From Fervidicoccaceae archaeon (GTDB lineage Archaea > Thermoproteota > Thermoprotei_A > Sulfolobales > Fervidicoccaceae), in contig JAVYOA010000002.1 in the NCBI GenBank assembly GCA_038734945.1, positions 248,001 through 312,000 of the forward strand: 64,000 nt of DNA, read 5' to 3'. The notes beneath the pieces were generated by a model that saw only the letters and a list, made by a program, of their open reading frames with translations, did not search any database and had not been told where the DNA came from. Below, one piece after another: positions 9,433 to 20,325 of the stretch; the first letter of the stretch is position 1; each line of letters opens with the position of its first letter. The position numbers were made by a program, and so were the translations under genes.

Positions 9433-10473
9433 TCACCATGTTCTTGGATAGAGAGACCTTTCGATTATAACCTCCTTCATCTTAGCAATAGGCTTCTCTT
9501 CAATTGCTGCCTTCTCCATATCTGTCCTGAAAATCTTGGCTGTTCCAACTAGCTCTCCTCTAGCCGTTAGTACAGCAGCTGCTCCTCCCTGTTTCAGATC
9601 CTCTGTATAGGCAATAATCCCCCCAACACCCAAGGGTGCTCCATGTGCAACAGCTGAAACAGCTGTGTCCTTAACAACAATTATGGGAAGTCCGCAGGAT
9701 AGCACCTCAGCAGGATATATTATTCGATTCAGCTCATCTTCTTTTCCCTCACTTCTCCATAAATAAACAGCCTCACTGAGCCTCTGCATCGATACGCTCA
9801 TGTTCTCGGTGAACGGTCCAGATCTAGTTCTTCTCAGCTCTCTCATGTGTGCTCCTGCTCCAAGAAGAAGGCCCATATCATGGCATAGCTTCCTCATATA
9901 CGTACCTGCATCGCACAGAACTCTCATTAGAACGTGCCTTCCCTTCACTTCCAGCACATTGAGCTCATGTATCCTTCTCTTTCTTACCCTTCTCCTCACG
10001 TTCGATCTGACAGGTGGCCTCTGGTAAATCTCTCCCCTGAACTCATCTGCAACTTTCCTTATTTCCTCCTCACTCACCTCAGAGTGCAGCTCCATGACGC
10101 ACACATACTCCTTCATGCTATGCACAACATCAGGCATTACCTTTGTTGCTTTTCCCAGAGCTATGGGTAGTACACCAGTCACCTGCGGGTTTCCCCGGGA
10201 TAGCTATCCCTCTAGGGTCCCGCCGTGACCTGCCTTATTCACGTTGAGCATTCTCTTAACATATGCCACAATCTCATGGCTAGTTGGTCCAGGGGGCTTG
10301 TCCACGACGATTATGCCATTCACTAGCTTTTTCTCTACAGTCTCTTCATTAGAGCTCAGCGGCTTAAGCGCTTTGATTTTCTCTGAGAGAACTTTCCATT
10401 CTCTTCTCTCACTGCAGAACTGGGAAAGCTTCCTGTCTATAAATTCCAGGACTTCAGCAGATTCCATTTCCAT
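9433..10473 (-). CDS. cbf5: H/ACA RNA-guided pseudouridine synthase Cbf5, two exons (10473-10212 and 10190-9433), 339 aa after splicing
   Basis: [16 protein letters not shown][D]PQVTGVL restored by removing 21 nt, GTYMRKLC, C-terminal PUA domain. Confidence 0.95.
10191..10211 (-). other. Archaeal bulge-helix-bulge intron (21 nt) in cbf5 pre-mRNA
   Basis: Minus-strand GCGGGA-CCCU-AG/A-GGGAU-AGCU-AUCCC-GGGG-AA/A-CCCGC; splicing gives G+AC = catalytic Asp; junction ambiguous by 1 nt. Confidence 0.9.
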
Positions 10474-10566
10474 TCAACTTTCACCTTTTTTCACTTCAAC
10501 ATTTCCAGAATAAATCTGTTTTAGAAGAAATAATTTCTGTTGATGATGGAGGAAAGAAGTAGGCTT

Positions 10567-10866
10567 TTAGGCTCTCAGAGGAGAAAGCGAAGGCAGTTTA
10601 ATCTTCTCTCTCATGAACGACGTCAGTCCAGCAGATTCCAATGCCCTTTCAACGTCCTCATCGCTTGCCCCTTTTTCTATATTTATTTTCTGCTCCAAGG
10701 GCTCCACATGGTTAACGTTGGTTCTCCTCCTCCTCACACCGGTGAGCTTCTTTGGTCCAGTAACTACTACAAAATTCTCATCGATTATATCCACAATAAC
10801 GCACTTCCTTCCAGCTTCCCTTCCATAGGTCTTAACACATATCCTTCCTATTTCTATTGCTGGCAT
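10567..10866 (-). CDS. rpl14e: 50S ribosomal protein L14e
   Basis: [33 protein letters not shown]. Confidence 0.97.
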   Translation of the reverse strand: MPAIEIGRICVKTYGREAGRKCVIVDIIDENFVVVTGPKKLTGVRRRRTNVNHVEPLEQKINIEKGASDEDVERALESAGLTSFMREKIKLPSLSPLRA

Positions 10867-10937
10867 GGGAATTCAGCACCTCTCTCGCAGAAACTGTTAT
10901 TGTTCTAAGGCTATTAAATTTGTTCGCTCTCCTAAAC

Positions 10938-11492
10938 TTAAGTTCTTTTTCTCCTCCTGAATATATCAACAATTCTGTCAATGATTGCATTGACTTCCTC
11001 TATGCTCATGATCTCTGTGCTGAGAGTGAGATCATATATAGAGAGATCAGTTATGTCAATGCCATATAGCCTTCTGAATCTGAGAGCATGGCTGTATTCT
11101 CTCTGGGCTGTTTCAATGAAAACCTCTTTTTCATCCCTTCCCTCTCTCGACGCTATTCTCTTGACTCGGGTTCTGATGCTGGCATAAAAGTAGATTTTGA
11201 AATCTGCGATATTCTTAACAACCCATGGTACTAAGTGTCCCTCTATAACAACGTTGCCCTTCAGAGCTTCCTCCAAGCTCCTTTTGTCAACATAGTAGTC
11301 AATCCATTTTTCCTTCTCTGCAAGCTTGTTGAGGTCAACTAGGCTAATCCCAAGCTCTGAGCTCATCTCTCTGAATATGGCTCCTGCGCTTTTGTACTCC
11401 AAGCCCAAAAGATCAGCAATCCTCTTTGCATAAGTAGTTTTTCCGCTTCCTGGAGGACCTCCAATGGCAATAACGGTCCCGCTTTTTTTCAA
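10938..11492 (-). CDS. cmk: Cytidylate kinase
   Basis: P-loop GPPGSGKTT, SAGAIFR, conserved position after L34e. Confidence 0.92.
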   Translation of the reverse strand: MKKSGTVIAIGGPPGSGKTTYAKRIADLLGLEYKSAGAIFREMSSELGISLVDLNKLAEKEKWIDYYVDKRSLEEALKGNVVIEGHLVPWVVKNIADFKIYFYASIRTRVKRIASREGRDEKEVFIETAQREYSHALRFRRLYGIDITDLSIYDLTLSTEIMSIEEVNAIIDRIVDIFRRRKRT

Positions 11493-11566
11493 GCTAAAAT
11501 CACACCTCAGATTTCATGAGGATCATTGAAAAAGCAAGTAATAAAAAAATAGCATGAGAAGGAGGG

Positions 11567-11851
11567 CTAAGATGCAGCCATAGCCTCTCTTCTCACTTCC
11601 AATTTGATGAAGGATGAAAGGCACCTGTGGCAGAGAACTCCTCCGAAAAATCTGTTGGGCCTCTTCTCTGAAAGAGAAAACGCTCTCATTCTATATGATG
11701 AGAAAACTGGGACTCCTCTCAGCTCCCCACCGCAGACAGCACACCTTGCCCTTCCCTTTCTTCTCAATCTGACGTGAATTACAGTTTTTCCTCCAGGAGT
11801 TCTAACTCTTATTCTTGCTCTTGTCCTGCTTCTCATGGATGGCCTAACCAT
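11567..11851 (-). CDS. rpl34e: 50S ribosomal protein L34e
   Basis: RTPGG, CAVC...CHRC zinc motif, KRPNR. Confidence 0.95.
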   Translation of the reverse strand: MVRPSMRSRTRARIRVRTPGGKTVIHVRLRRKGRARCAVCGGELRGVPVFSSYRMRAFSLSEKRPNRFFGGVLCHRCLSSFIKLEVRREAMAAS

Positions 11852-11875
11852 GATGAGCCACCATGAGACCTCCTC

Positions 11876-12493
11876 TTAGATTGTATCAATTACCCTTAAT
11901 ATTGACTCTGCTGCATCCTTGGCCTTTCCTCTCTCGTTCTCAACATACAGCACACTGGCTCCCACGAGAACAGCACTTGATATAGCAGCAGTCCTAGCAA
12001 AAGCCATCAGATCTCTTATCTCTTCTATTCCCCTCTCCTGAATATCTTTCCTATTCCTCGTACTATCTTCCAGCTGCCTCCTCAGGATTTCCTCTGGAGG
12101 CGCCTCGATGACTACAATTACATCTGGGAGTAGCTCAGAAACAACATGGCCTGGAAGGCCTGGCCATAAACCGCTTGATGTCTTTACTATCGCATGGGTA
12201 TCAACCAAAAGGATGCCTCCATTTCTCAGAACCTCTTTTGCCCTTTCGGAGATATCCCTCGCAGCCATTTGCTGCAGCTTGATTTGAACTCTGTGGGATA
12301 GCCTTCTTATCTGATCCCTCGATAGAACTAGGCCGTCTGAAATTGCCCTTTTCAGCATATAGTCCCCGAAATTAGCTATCAGAAATTCAGTTCCTCTTTG
12401 TTTCAGCAGGGAGGAGAGCTCATTTATGACTGTAGTCTTTCCAACTCCCGGAACTCCTGTAACTATTATGGTTTTCACTGTCCTATCTGACAT
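11876..12493 (-). CDS. adkA: Archaeal adenylate kinase
   Basis: TGVPGVGKTT, NFGDYM, DTH, PGLP. Confidence 0.95.
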   Translation of the reverse strand: MSDRTVKTIIVTGVPGVGKTTVINELSSLLKQRGTEFLIANFGDYMLKRAISDGLVLSRDQIRRLSHRVQIKLQQMAARDISERAKEVLRNGGILLVDTHAIVKTSSGLWPGLPGHVVSELLPDVIVVIEAPPEEILRRQLEDSTRNRKDIQERGIEEIRDLMAFARTAAISSAVLVGASVLYVENERGKAKDAAESILRVIDTI

Positions 12494-12531
12494 TTCAACT
12501 CACTCCTCAGACTTTTTGAAAAATGTGATAG

Positions 12532-13917
12532 CTACTCTCCCATTATCCTGCTCAGAATGGGATATGCTTCAAGGGCTCTCTCTCTAGCTATCATAGCGTA
12601 GTACTGATTGATTATTCCAACAGCAAGAAGAATCCCTGTCCCTGAGCCGTATGCTCCAAAGATGTCTGCCAGTATTGCTATGAGAGCCACTATTATGCTG
12701 CTCAGAACAGTCAGCGGATATATATACTTAGCAAGCATTCTCTCGAATACCTTCGGATTCCTCCTGACTCCCGGTATGTCTAGCTCTCCCTTAATTAGCC
12801 TGTCAGCCTGCTCAGCCGGTCCAAGGCCAGCTATCTCGACCCACATGTAGCCAAATAGTATTGAAAGAGCCATCCAAGATAGAGTGAAGATGAAGAGCTT
12901 TCCAAGATCAGCAACAGCAGTGCTAAATCCTCTTGGAGGACTCAAGTAATATGTAAGCGTTGTGAGTATTTCATAGCCAATATTGCTCGTCCCAGAGATC
13001 GAAGCAAGTGCATTGGAGAATAGCTGAAAATCTGAAACTATTATTCCAATGAGAAGAATTGGTATATTGGTCACATATAGGAACTGGAGGGGTATTTTGC
13101 TCCTTATTCCTCCATACTTTTGGGCTGTAACTGGAACCTCTACTCTCATTCCTTGAAGGTAAACCAGAACGATTATTGTTATGAATGTGGCTATAAGACC
13201 TATGAGGTCGGGAAATCCGTTTCTAGCCACTATGCTTGTCAAATTGCCCTGAGAACTAGCCTGTATTATGTAGGGAACAAGGCCTATCTGCTGCGTGTAC
13301 TGAGGAGTGTATCCAAAGAGATCCCAGAACATGGTCTTGGCCACTCCAGCCAATATAAAGAGAGATATGGCGCTTCCAATTCCCCATCCTTTTTGGAGCA
13401 TCTCATCGAATACCATGACGAGGTAAGTGGCAAATGTTAGCTGGAGAACAACAGCTATCCTAATAGCCCAAGACGCCTGGGATCCTGTTATTGGGTTTCC
13501 TACATATGGCCAATATCTACTTGCTAGGACATATGCGAGGGCCTCAAAGATTCCAAAAAGAAGTGAAAGTGTTTTCTGGGCTTGGGTAAAGGTTCTCCTG
13601 TCATCTGGATCGCTCAAATCAAGGTCTATTAGCTTAGCTCCCACTAGAATCTGCAGTATAAGTCCACCTGTGACAATTGGTCCTATTCCAAGCTCCATAA
13701 GGGTTCCTATGTTGGCTGCAAAAAGTATTTGAAACAGCGATATCTGTGATTGCTGTGTGGTTGTCACCCCGTAGAGAGGGGTGTCTGCCATTATAAGATA
13801 GAGGATCAGAACAATCCCTGTCAGCAAAAATCTTCTGTATAAACTCTGCTTTCTAGAGGGCTTGTGGACCGTGGGAAGATAGCTGGCAATTGAAGCTAGA
13901 GTCTGAAGGACCCCCAT
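12532..13917 (-). CDS. secY: Preprotein translocase subunit SecY
   Basis: GTLMELGIGPIVT, GIGSAISLFI, GSGTGILLAV; start approximate. Confidence 0.97.
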   Translation of the reverse strand: MGVLQTLASIASYLPTVHKPSRKQSLYRRFLLTGIVLILYLIMADTPLYGVTTTQQSQISLFQILFAANIGTLMELGIGPIVTGGLILQILVGAKLIDLDLSDPDDRRTFTQAQKTLSLLFGIFEALAYVLASRYWPYVGNPITGSQASWAIRIAVVLQLTFATYLVMVFDEMLQKGWGIGSAISLFILAGVAKTMFWDLFGYTPQYTQQIGLVPYIIQASSQGNLTSIVARNGFPDLIGLIATFITIIVLVYLQGMRVEVPVTAQKYGGIRSKIPLQFLYVTNIPILLIGIIVSDFQLFSNALASISGTSNIGYEILTTLTYYLSPPRGFSTAVADLGKLFIFTLSWMALSILFGYMWVEIAGLGPAEQADRLIKGELDIPGVRRNPKVFERMLAKYIYPLTVLSSIIVALIAILADIFGAYGSGTGILLAVGIINQYYAMIARERALEAYPILSRIMGE

Positions 13918-13928
13918 CAAGCACACTC

Positions 13929-14384
13929 TCATTCTGAGGCTTCTTCTAATAGCTTCACTTCTCCACCAGCAGCTCTTATCTTCTCAACAGCATTCTTTGA
14001 AGCCTTTTCAACGATAACTTCAACTGGCACTCCTATCTTTCCAGTACCAAGGAGCTTCTTTATTCCGAGCTTCTCCAAATTAACCACATATTTTCCGCTT
14101 TCAATTGAAACCCCTTCTCTGTTACCTCCAAGGAGAAGTTCTTCCAGCTGCAGTAAGTTTATGCTCTTTTCTTCCCCTAGCTTCTCCTGCGGACTGGTAA
14201 ATCCATGCTTCCCTATCCACCCTGGAGCATACTTTCTCATCCAGCTTTCCTTGTGCTTAAGCATACCAGCAGCTCCTCTTCCTCCCTTGGAGCCCTTTTT
14301 CCTATGCTGTCCTATTCTTCCCCAGCCCATTGTCCTTGTTCTTCCCCTCAGCTTTCTGCTCTTCTTCCTGAATCTAACTGCCAT
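13929..14384 (-). CDS. rpl15: 50S ribosomal protein uL15
   Basis: RKLRGRTRTMGWGRIGQHRK, KLLGTG. Confidence 0.96.
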   Translation of the reverse strand: MAVRFRKKSRKLRGRTRTMGWGRIGQHRKKGSKGGRGAAGMLKHKESWMRKYAPGWIGKHGFTSPQEKLGEEKSINLLQLEELLLGGNREGVSIESGKYVVNLEKLGIKKLLGTGKIGVPVEVIVEKASKNAVEKIRAAGGEVKLLEEASE

Positions 14385-14395
14385 TTGAATCACCG

Positions 14396-14905
14396 TCAGG
14401 CCATTCTGAGGATGAGCTCATTTATCGAGCTCCCTCTATATCCGAGCTCGCCACCAACTTTATACTCTCTCCTCGTGCTTTTTTTAAAGCCTCCCTTTGG
14501 GGGATGGAGCCTAAATACTGGCTTTATCTTATCCTGCTCGTGAAGCTTTATTTCTCCTCTAGTTATTTTTTCTGCAAGCTCACTAATGGAGTTCAAACCA
14601 AATAGTCTTTTTACAGCCTCATCGCTGATTCTCCTGTTGCCCAAGAGCCTCCCTCTCTTCCTGAGAACTATCTCCAGAGTTCCCTGATCGATTTCCCCCC
14701 ATGTAACAAGATGCCTGACCTTGTTCAGCATGCCCTCCAGTCCTGGAAGATCGCTAGGATATAGCGCCATGCTGTACTTTCTTGTAAGCCTAAGGAGCTG
14801 AAGAGTTCTCTCTTCCTCTTTCTTAACGTTCACCCTTCCCTTTATTCTAATTACAGCCAGCAATCTCTTGCCCTCCTGTCCTACAATAGTGCCTTCAGCC
14901 TCCAA
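14396..14905 (-). CDS. rpl30: 50S ribosomal protein uL30
   Basis: AVIRIKG, VTWGEI, FRLHPPKGG, GELGYRG. Confidence 0.96.
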   Translation of the reverse strand: MEAEGTIVGQEGKRLLAVIRIKGRVNVKKEEERTLQLLRLTRKYSMALYPSDLPGLEGMLNKVRHLVTWGEIDQGTLEIVLRKRGRLLGNRRISDEAVKRLFGLNSISELAEKITRGEIKLHEQDKIKPVFRLHPPKGGFKKSTRREYKVGGELGYRGSSINELILRMA

Positions 14906-14916
14906 TTTTTCTCCCC

Positions 14917-15555
14917 CTACTTTCTCCAGTCCTCAACTGTAACGAACTTATATGTGTTCTTAAGAGCATTGTAGGTTGCCTTTGCGAAGTTATAAGTAGT
15001 TCTGGTCTCCCCATAAGTCCTGGACCATACGTCCTTTATCCCAGCAAGTCTCAGCACTGTTTTTGCTATATCTCCTGCTACAAGGCCTGTTCCCTTTGGG
15101 GCTGGATATAGAACTACTTCAACGCTGCCACTCCTACCAACAGTTCTGAAGGGTACGCTATGCGAGGTACCACATAGGCACTCCCAGCTTCCGCATCCCC
15201 TTCTGACCGGTACTATGTTCAATTTCGCATTTATTATTGCCTTATCAATTGAGAACCTCAGCTGCTTGGCCTTTCCTGTACCTATTCCAACGAATCCATC
15301 CCCATTTCCTATTACGACTACGGTCTTGAATCTGGACAGCTCTCCAGCATCAGTCTGCTTTTGGACAATTCCAACATCTATTACTTCATGCTGCAGGTTG
15401 GGAAGCAGATAATCGACTATTTCTGGCTCTAGAATAGGGAGGTTCTGCTCGAAGAGCTCCTTCAGATTTGTTATCTTGCCTTCCTTAACCATTTTTCCGA
15501 CTTTTGTCTTTGGAACCCACTCCTCAATGGATGCTCTCTCTTCCTCAATTGACAT
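14917..15555 (-). CDS. rps5: 30S ribosomal protein uS5
   Basis: [25 protein letters not shown]. Confidence 0.97.
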   Translation of the reverse strand: MSIEEERASIEEWVPKTKVGKMVKEGKITNLKELFEQNLPILEPEIVDYLLPNLQHEVIDVGIVQKQTDAGELSRFKTVVVIGNGDGFVGIGTGKAKQLRFSIDKAIINAKLNIVPVRRGCGSWECLCGTSHSVPFRTVGRSGSVEVVLYPAPKGTGLVAGDIAKTVLRLAGIKDVWSRTYGETRTTYNFAKATYNALKNTYKFVTVEDWRK

Positions 15556-16156
15556 TGCTACCACTCCCCTCCTTCTCATCAATATTTCTTAGAACTTGTT
15601 CAAAGTGTTTTGGATAATCGGAAGGGTCCAGTCCCCTCTTCAAGAGAAGGGAAAATATCCTGCTAAACTTTTCAGGCGAGGATTCCTTGAGTTCCCTCGC
15701 ATATGATGCAACATGCTCTCCTTTTATTCTCTCAGTGCTTGGTAGAACTTCCTCTGAAACCGGTACTTTTAGCCCTGCATCAATTGCCCCCTTTATGACT
15801 GCGAATACTCTGCTCTCCTTCACCGGTGACCTGAGGCCAATATCTGGAATAGCTGCGGAAATTCCCCTTTTCATTGCCCGTTTTCCAAGCAGATAGCCTG
15901 TCAAATATGCTGCCATTGTTGATGCTCCAGAACCAAGCCATCCATAGGACTTGAATAGCTCTATGCTGTGCGCAGAGACCCTAACTATATCTCCTCTTGG
16001 ATCGAAGTCTACTATTTTTGCCTCGATGTACTTGTTCGTTCTTCTTATAACGAGCCTACTCCTCCTTGAAAGTACCTGTATGTATCTCTTCCTGTAGTTT
16101 GTCTTTCCTTCCCTTCTTCTCCTTCTGGCTACCTTGTATCTTGCTCCTCCAACCAT
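15545..16156 (-). CDS. rpl18: 50S ribosomal protein uL18
   Basis: [26 protein letters not shown]. Confidence 0.97.
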   Translation of the reverse strand: MVGGARYKVARRRRREGKTNYRKRYIQVLSRRSRLVIRRTNKYIEAKIVDFDPRGDIVRVSAHSIELFKSYGWLGSGASTMAAYLTGYLLGKRAMKRGISAAIPDIGLRSPVKESRVFAVIKGAIDAGLKVPVSEEVLPSTERIKGEHVASYARELKESSPEKFSRIFSLLLKRGLDPSDYPKHFEQVLRNIDEKEGSGSNVN

Positions 16157-16162
16157 TTCAGC

Positions 16163-16618
16163 TTACCTCCTCACAGCCATTTCTTTCTCGAGGTGCATTC
16201 TGAGATCGGAGAGAGAGTTGAAGGCCCCTCCTTTTGCCAGGTTGTAATATTTTCTATACGTCTTTGCGTCAATCGCTTTCTTGTCTCTCAGATACTTCAG
16301 ATATGCCCTCATTTTTCTTATCCTATTTATCCATGCCCTCTTAGGATCCTGTCTTGCCGTTTTTTTGCCCTTTCTAGAGCCGTATCCTCTCCTCTCGCTC
16401 TTGGACTTCTCTCTGAGCCTTCTCCACCTTCCTCTGCTGTTGGATTTGGGAGGAACAGCAGTTATGATCCCCCTCTTTATCAGCCTTCTAATGTCTTCAG
16501 CAGTAATTGCCGATTCGACCTCCTCCAGCTCTTCCTTCCCTGCATTAATTCTTATCCTGGATATACCAACGTTCAGAATTTCTGCAGCCATTCTCTTCTG
16601 CAGCGTGAAGTCGGTCAA
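16163..16618 (-). CDS. rpl19e: 50S ribosomal protein L19e
   Basis: QKRMAAEIL, GSRKGKKTAR, WINRIR; TTG start inferred. Confidence 0.95.
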   Translation of the reverse strand: MTDFTLQKRMAAEILNVGISRIRINAGKEELEEVESAITAEDIRRLIKRGIITAVPPKSNSRGRWRRLREKSKSERRGYGSRKGKKTARQDPKRAWINRIRKMRAYLKYLRDKKAIDAKTYRKYYNLAKGGAFNSLSDLRMHLEKEMAVRR

Positions 16619-16619
16619 G

Positions 16620-17009
16620 CTACTCAACCTCCTTTTCATTTGCTATTTTGAAGCCCTTCTCCCTCAGAAGTCTGGTCAGCTCCATCCTCTTCTTCTTTCC
16701 AAGCTTTCCGCTCAGATAGATGATGTGCTTCTTTGGATCCAGAGAGCTCAGCTGGGAGACATTTTCAACAACTGCAGGAAACAGCCCAGATGGATGGACA
16801 CCTCTTATTATTTCTGGATTTTTATATCCTATTTCAACCGATGGAGGAAAGCCCTTGTACTTAAGTCGCATTTTGTTGTCGATTCCCTTCGGCTTTCTCC
16901 ACCTATCTCTGTTCTTGAACTTTATGAGCTCGTGGAAGAGCCTCCTGTGGAATTCTGGCTTATCTTTCTTTAATCTAAGTCTAAGCACCTTGAGCTCGCT
17001 CATTCTCAA
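16620..17009 (-). CDS. rpl32e: 50S ribosomal protein L32e
   Basis: WRKPKGIDNKMR, RGVHPSG. Confidence 0.96.
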   Translation of the reverse strand: MRMSELKVLRLRLKKDKPEFHRRLFHELIKFKNRDRWRKPKGIDNKMRLKYKGFPPSVEIGYKNPEIIRGVHPSGLFPAVVENVSQLSSLDPKKHIIYLSGKLGKKKRMELTRLLREKGFKIANEKEVE

Positions 17010-17548
17010 CCACCTTTCTCATATATGTAAATTCCATCCATGAAGACCCTGCGATCGAATTCGCTTATTTTTGTAGCTCTCTCAATGTTGGCTGCTGTTT
17101 GACCAACCGCTTCTATGTCAATTCCCTCTACGATTACATCCTCCTTTGTGGCCTTCACTGTGACTCCAGGAAGTATCTCAGCTATTCTTGGAGACTTTTC
17201 TCCGAGAAAGTTCTTTATCAGAACTTTGTTCCCCTTCACTTCAACTGAAATTGGGAAGTGAGAGAATACAATTTTTAATTTATATACATAACCCTTTCTT
17301 ACTCCCTCTATCATGTTCTTAATATGGGAGGAGACTGTTCCAACGAGCGCCTTCTTCTTTCTGTTAGCGAAATTAGCTTCAACTATGACTTTCCTGTCCT
17401 GTTGATATATCGATATTCCCAGAGCATGAGAGAAGTCTCTCTCAATCTTACCCTTCGGTCCGCTGACAATCACTTTCTTTCCCTCTATTGATACAGAGAC
17501 ATCCTCAGGAATATCAACAGATCTCAAAGCCCTCACTGCCTTGACCAT
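17006..17548 (-). CDS. rpl6: 50S ribosomal protein uL6
   Basis: GPKG, HFPISV, NFLGEK, DRRVFMDGIYI. Confidence 0.97.
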   Translation of the reverse strand: MVKAVRALRSVDIPEDVSVSIEGKKVIVSGPKGKIERDFSHALGISIYQQDRKVIVEANFANRKKKALVGTVSSHIKNMIEGVRKGYVYKLKIVFSHFPISVEVKGNKVLIKNFLGEKSPRIAEILPGVTVKATKEDVIVEGIDIEAVGQTAANIERATKISEFDRRVFMDGIYIYEKGG

Positions 17549-17563
17549 TTTATTTTTCCCCTC

Positions 17564-17965
17564 CTAGTATACGTAACCTAGAATCACTCCACCAGTTCCC
17601 TTTTCCAATGCTTCTCTTGAGGACATTATGCCCATAGGAGTTGAGAGAATTAGGACCCCTATTTCTCTGGATGGAAGCTTCTTTTTTATCCATGTTGGTA
17701 AGTTGGTGAGCTCATATTTCTTTATGCTGTACCTCGGCTTGATAGCTGCAGCCCTGTTTATCCTTCCAAGCAGCTGCACTTTTACCTTGCCCTGCCTTCC
17801 ATCATCTATATATTCTATCTCACCCAAATATCCCTCTCTCTGAAGGAGCCTGAGAACTTCTATGATCATTCTGGAGGCCGGGGCTATAATTGCCTCTTTC
17901 TTTGCCCTTTTTTCACTGTTAGTTATTGAATTGAGAGCATTAGCGAGTGGATCCACTACTACCAT
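17564..17965 (-). CDS. rps8: 30S ribosomal protein uS8
   Basis: DPLANAL, DDGRQG, ILSTPMGIMS. Confidence 0.97.
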   Translation of the reverse strand: MVVVDPLANALNSITNSEKRAKKEAIIAPASRMIIEVLRLLQREGYLGEIEYIDDGRQGKVKVQLLGRINRAAAIKPRYSIKKYELTNLPTWIKKKLPSREIGVLILSTPMGIMSSREALEKGTGGVILGYVY

Positions 17966-17980
17966 TTCTGATATCACCTC

Positions 17981-18145
17981 TCAACTGAACTTTCTGAAGC
18001 CCATCTCATATGCTACCTCACGGAAGCACTGCCTACATAGGTAAATATTATATCTCCTAATAACTCCTCTTCTGGAACCGCATCTCTGACATTTGATCAC
18101 AGCCTTTCCGTACTTTCTTTCCCTTGGAGATACGTATTTTGTCAA
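17981..18145 (-). CDS. rps14: 30S ribosomal protein uS14
   Basis: CQRC...[11 protein letters not shown] start after GAGGTG RBS. Confidence 0.95.
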   Translation of the reverse strand: MTKYVSPRERKYGKAVIKCQRCGSRRGVIRRYNIYLCRQCFREVAYEMGFRKFS

Positions 18146-18155
18146 AGCAAACACC

Positions 18156-18728
18156 TCAGACAATTCTCACACTGAATTGGGAGACCAATAGAGCTGCTGC
18201 CTCATCCTTCGTAACTCTATGTCTTCTGGGGATCCTCTTAGCCCTTTTTATCTTTCTCCTTGAAACCCTATAACCAGGCCTCTCTATTGTTATGCACACA
18301 TCCATTCCAAAAACCCCTATTTCTGGATCATATCTCACTCCTGGAATGCTTATGTGCTCCTTAATTCCAAAGGATACGTTCCCGAAATCATCAAAGCTTG
18401 AATATTTTATTTTGTTCCCCACAGCGTCAAATGCTTTCTTCAGGAATGATATAGCCTTTTCGCCCTTGAGTGTAACTGCAACTCCTATATTCTCTCCTCT
18501 CCTGATTCCAAAGTCTCTAATTGTCTTCTTTGCCTTTCTGAAGCTGGGCTCCTGTCCTGTTATCTCCTTTAGAACCTGGGCAATTCTGGCAAGCCTCTCG
18601 CCTCCCTGACCAAGCCCCACGTTCACTGTTACCTTGACAATTTTTGGCTTTCGCATTGGGTTTCTCTCCCAGCTCCTGAAGATCTCCTGGAACCTCTCTT
18701 CCAATGCTTTCGAAACTGTACTGCTCAT
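18156..18728 (-). CDS. rpl5: 50S ribosomal protein uL5
   Basis: [30 protein letters not shown]. Confidence 0.97.
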   Translation of the reverse strand: MSSTVSKALEERFQEIFRSWERNPMRKPKIVKVTVNVGLGQGGERLARIAQVLKEITGQEPSFRKAKKTIRDFGIRRGENIGVAVTLKGEKAISFLKKAFDAVGNKIKYSSFDDFGNVSFGIKEHISIPGVRYDPEIGVFGMDVCITIERPGYRVSRRKIKRAKRIPRRHRVTKDEAAALLVSQFSVRIV

Positions 18729-18738
18729 GTCAAATCAC

Positions 18739-19479
18739 CTATTCCAGCTTAACAGCTGGAGATTCCCTCCCAACTACGTATATGTAATTAAGGCTTGTTT
18801 GAACGAGCGAGGAATCCTCTCCCCTGATTGTGACAAGGCTCATTTTCTTTCTTGCTCCCCTCTTTATCTCTACTATTTTTCCCCTTGCTCCTATGTTCTT
18901 TCCTCCTATGACGACAGCATAAGAGCCTTCAGCCAGAGGGAAGTAGTCCACCGGGCTCATCTCAGGAATTCTCACTAGCACTGTGGACAAAACTGTTGGC
19001 TGTCCATTGATTGAGAGCTCTCCTTCTCTAAAGATAATATTGCTTCCATCGAACAGATTCAGCTGGGTCAACCCTCCTCTTACAGTTGTCTTGTTCTCTA
19101 TTCTCAGCGGCTTTAGCCTGGATTCTTCCTCATTTATTTCCACGGGTTTCAGGAAAATTCTCTCATCTGGAACTAGACGGTAGAACTTCTTCACCGGAAC
19201 TACTTCGATGACATCCATAACTCCCACGGGAAAGCTGAAGTCCCTTCTCACTCTCCCATCAACCTTTATGAGCCCTCTGGAAAGTGCTTTTCTGACCTCT
19301 TTTCCGGTTAGAGCTAGCTTCAAAACATCCCTTATTAAAACTCCCAGTGGAATTGCCCTCTCAATTGGATGGGGTCCAGGGCTTGGCTTAGCTACCCAGT
19401 GCCTTCCTTTTACACTTATTGGCCAGAAAGTTGGAGCCTCGTAGCTCCTCAGATGCTTACTTCCACCCATTCTGGTCAC
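18739..19479 (-). CDS. rps4e: 30S ribosomal protein S4e
   Basis: PSPGPH, VDGRVRRD..FPVGVMDV. Confidence 0.97.
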   Translation of the reverse strand: MTRMGGSKHLRSYEAPTFWPISVKGRHWVAKPSPGPHPIERAIPLGVLIRDVLKLALTGKEVRKALSRGLIKVDGRVRRDFSFPVGVMDVIEVVPVKKFYRLVPDERIFLKPVEINEEESRLKPLRIENKTTVRGGLTQLNLFDGSNIIFREGELSINGQPTVLSTVLVRIPEMSPVDYFPLAEGSYAVVIGGKNIGARGKIVEIKRGARKKMSLVTIRGEDSSLVQTSLNYIYVVGRESPAVKLE

Positions 19480-19901
19480 TGCTTCTCCCCCTCCTCCTTT
19501 GTCTCTTCTGCCTCAACGGCCTTTCCGCTCCTCTTCTCAATTATCTTCCTTCTCTCCTTGTCTTTCAGATCAAGCTTCGTTATGATTACCTTGCTGGCAT
19601 GGATTGGTATGAATGAGGGTGTTCCACTTGCCTTCTCTCTTGTAAGTCCCTCAATAAAGATCCATCCCCTCTCTCTATTGACCCTGGTAACTTTTCCTTC
19701 CTTGCCTCTGTTGTCCCCCCTCACAACCTTGACTGTATCTCCAACTTTAACAGGCATATTTCTGACACCATACTTCTCTCTGAGCTCCTTCGAGAGAGGA
19801 GCGGTTACTAGTCTATTCCTCAAGTGAAGGGGCATGTTAAACAGCGCTTTTCTTTGCTTTTTCGGTTGAATGCTTTTAGTGATCGACATTTCCACGTTCA
19901 C
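19476..19901 (-). CDS. rpl24: 50S ribosomal protein uL24
   Basis: QPKKQRK, LSKELREKYG, IHASKVII. Confidence 0.96.
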   Translation of the reverse strand: MNVEMSITKSIQPKKQRKALFNMPLHLRNRLVTAPLSKELREKYGVRNMPVKVGDTVKVVRGDNRGKEGKVTRVNRERGWIFIEGLTREKASGTPSFIPIHASKVIITKLDLKDKERRKIIEKRSGKAVEAEETKEEGEKQ

Positions 19902-19902
19902 C

Positions 19903-20319
19903 TCACACTATTATGGATGCCATGTTAGCTATCCTAGGCCATCTCTCAACAGCTTCTCTAGCAACTGGACCTCTAATTTCGCTTCCCTTCAGTGTTCCTT
20001 CTGGGGTTATTATTACAACTGCATTGTCCTCAAAGCTAACCCATGTGCCATCGCTTCTCCTATAGGGTCTCCTCTGTCGTATAACTACAGCAGGAAGGAC
20101 CTGCTTTCTCATCTCTGGTATTCCTTTCTTAACTGAGACGATCACCTTATCTCCTACTCCAGCCTGAGGGACTCTTCTCAATCTCCCCCTGTAGCCGGGA
20201 ACTCCTATTATCATTGCCACTCTTGCTCCGCTGTTATCTGATACATTTACATATGAGCCTACCTGCAGGCCTTGTGCTACTTTTATTCCAGAGAGGGCAA
20301 CTGCTCCTCTTTTGACCAT
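19903..20319 (-). CDS. rpl14: 50S ribosomal protein uL14
   Basis: [24 protein letters not shown]. Confidence 0.97.
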   Translation of the reverse strand: MVKRGAVALSGIKVAQGLQVGSYVNVSDNSGARVAMIIGVPGYRGRLRRVPQAGVGDKVIVSVKKGIPEMRKQVLPAVVIRQRRPYRRSDGTWVSFEDNAVVIITPEGTLKGSEIRGPVAREAVERWPRIANMASIIV

Positions 20320-20325
20320 GTATTT

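Noticed and set aside
10204..10206. In-frame UAG in cbf5 as pyrrolysine, readthrough or pseudogene
   Set aside because: Readthrough would leave Glu plus a 7-residue insertion at the catalytic Asp; the BHB intron explains it exactly
16193..17043. Long + strand ORFs (152, 230, 107 aa)
   Set aside because: Antisense shadows of rpl19e and rpl32e
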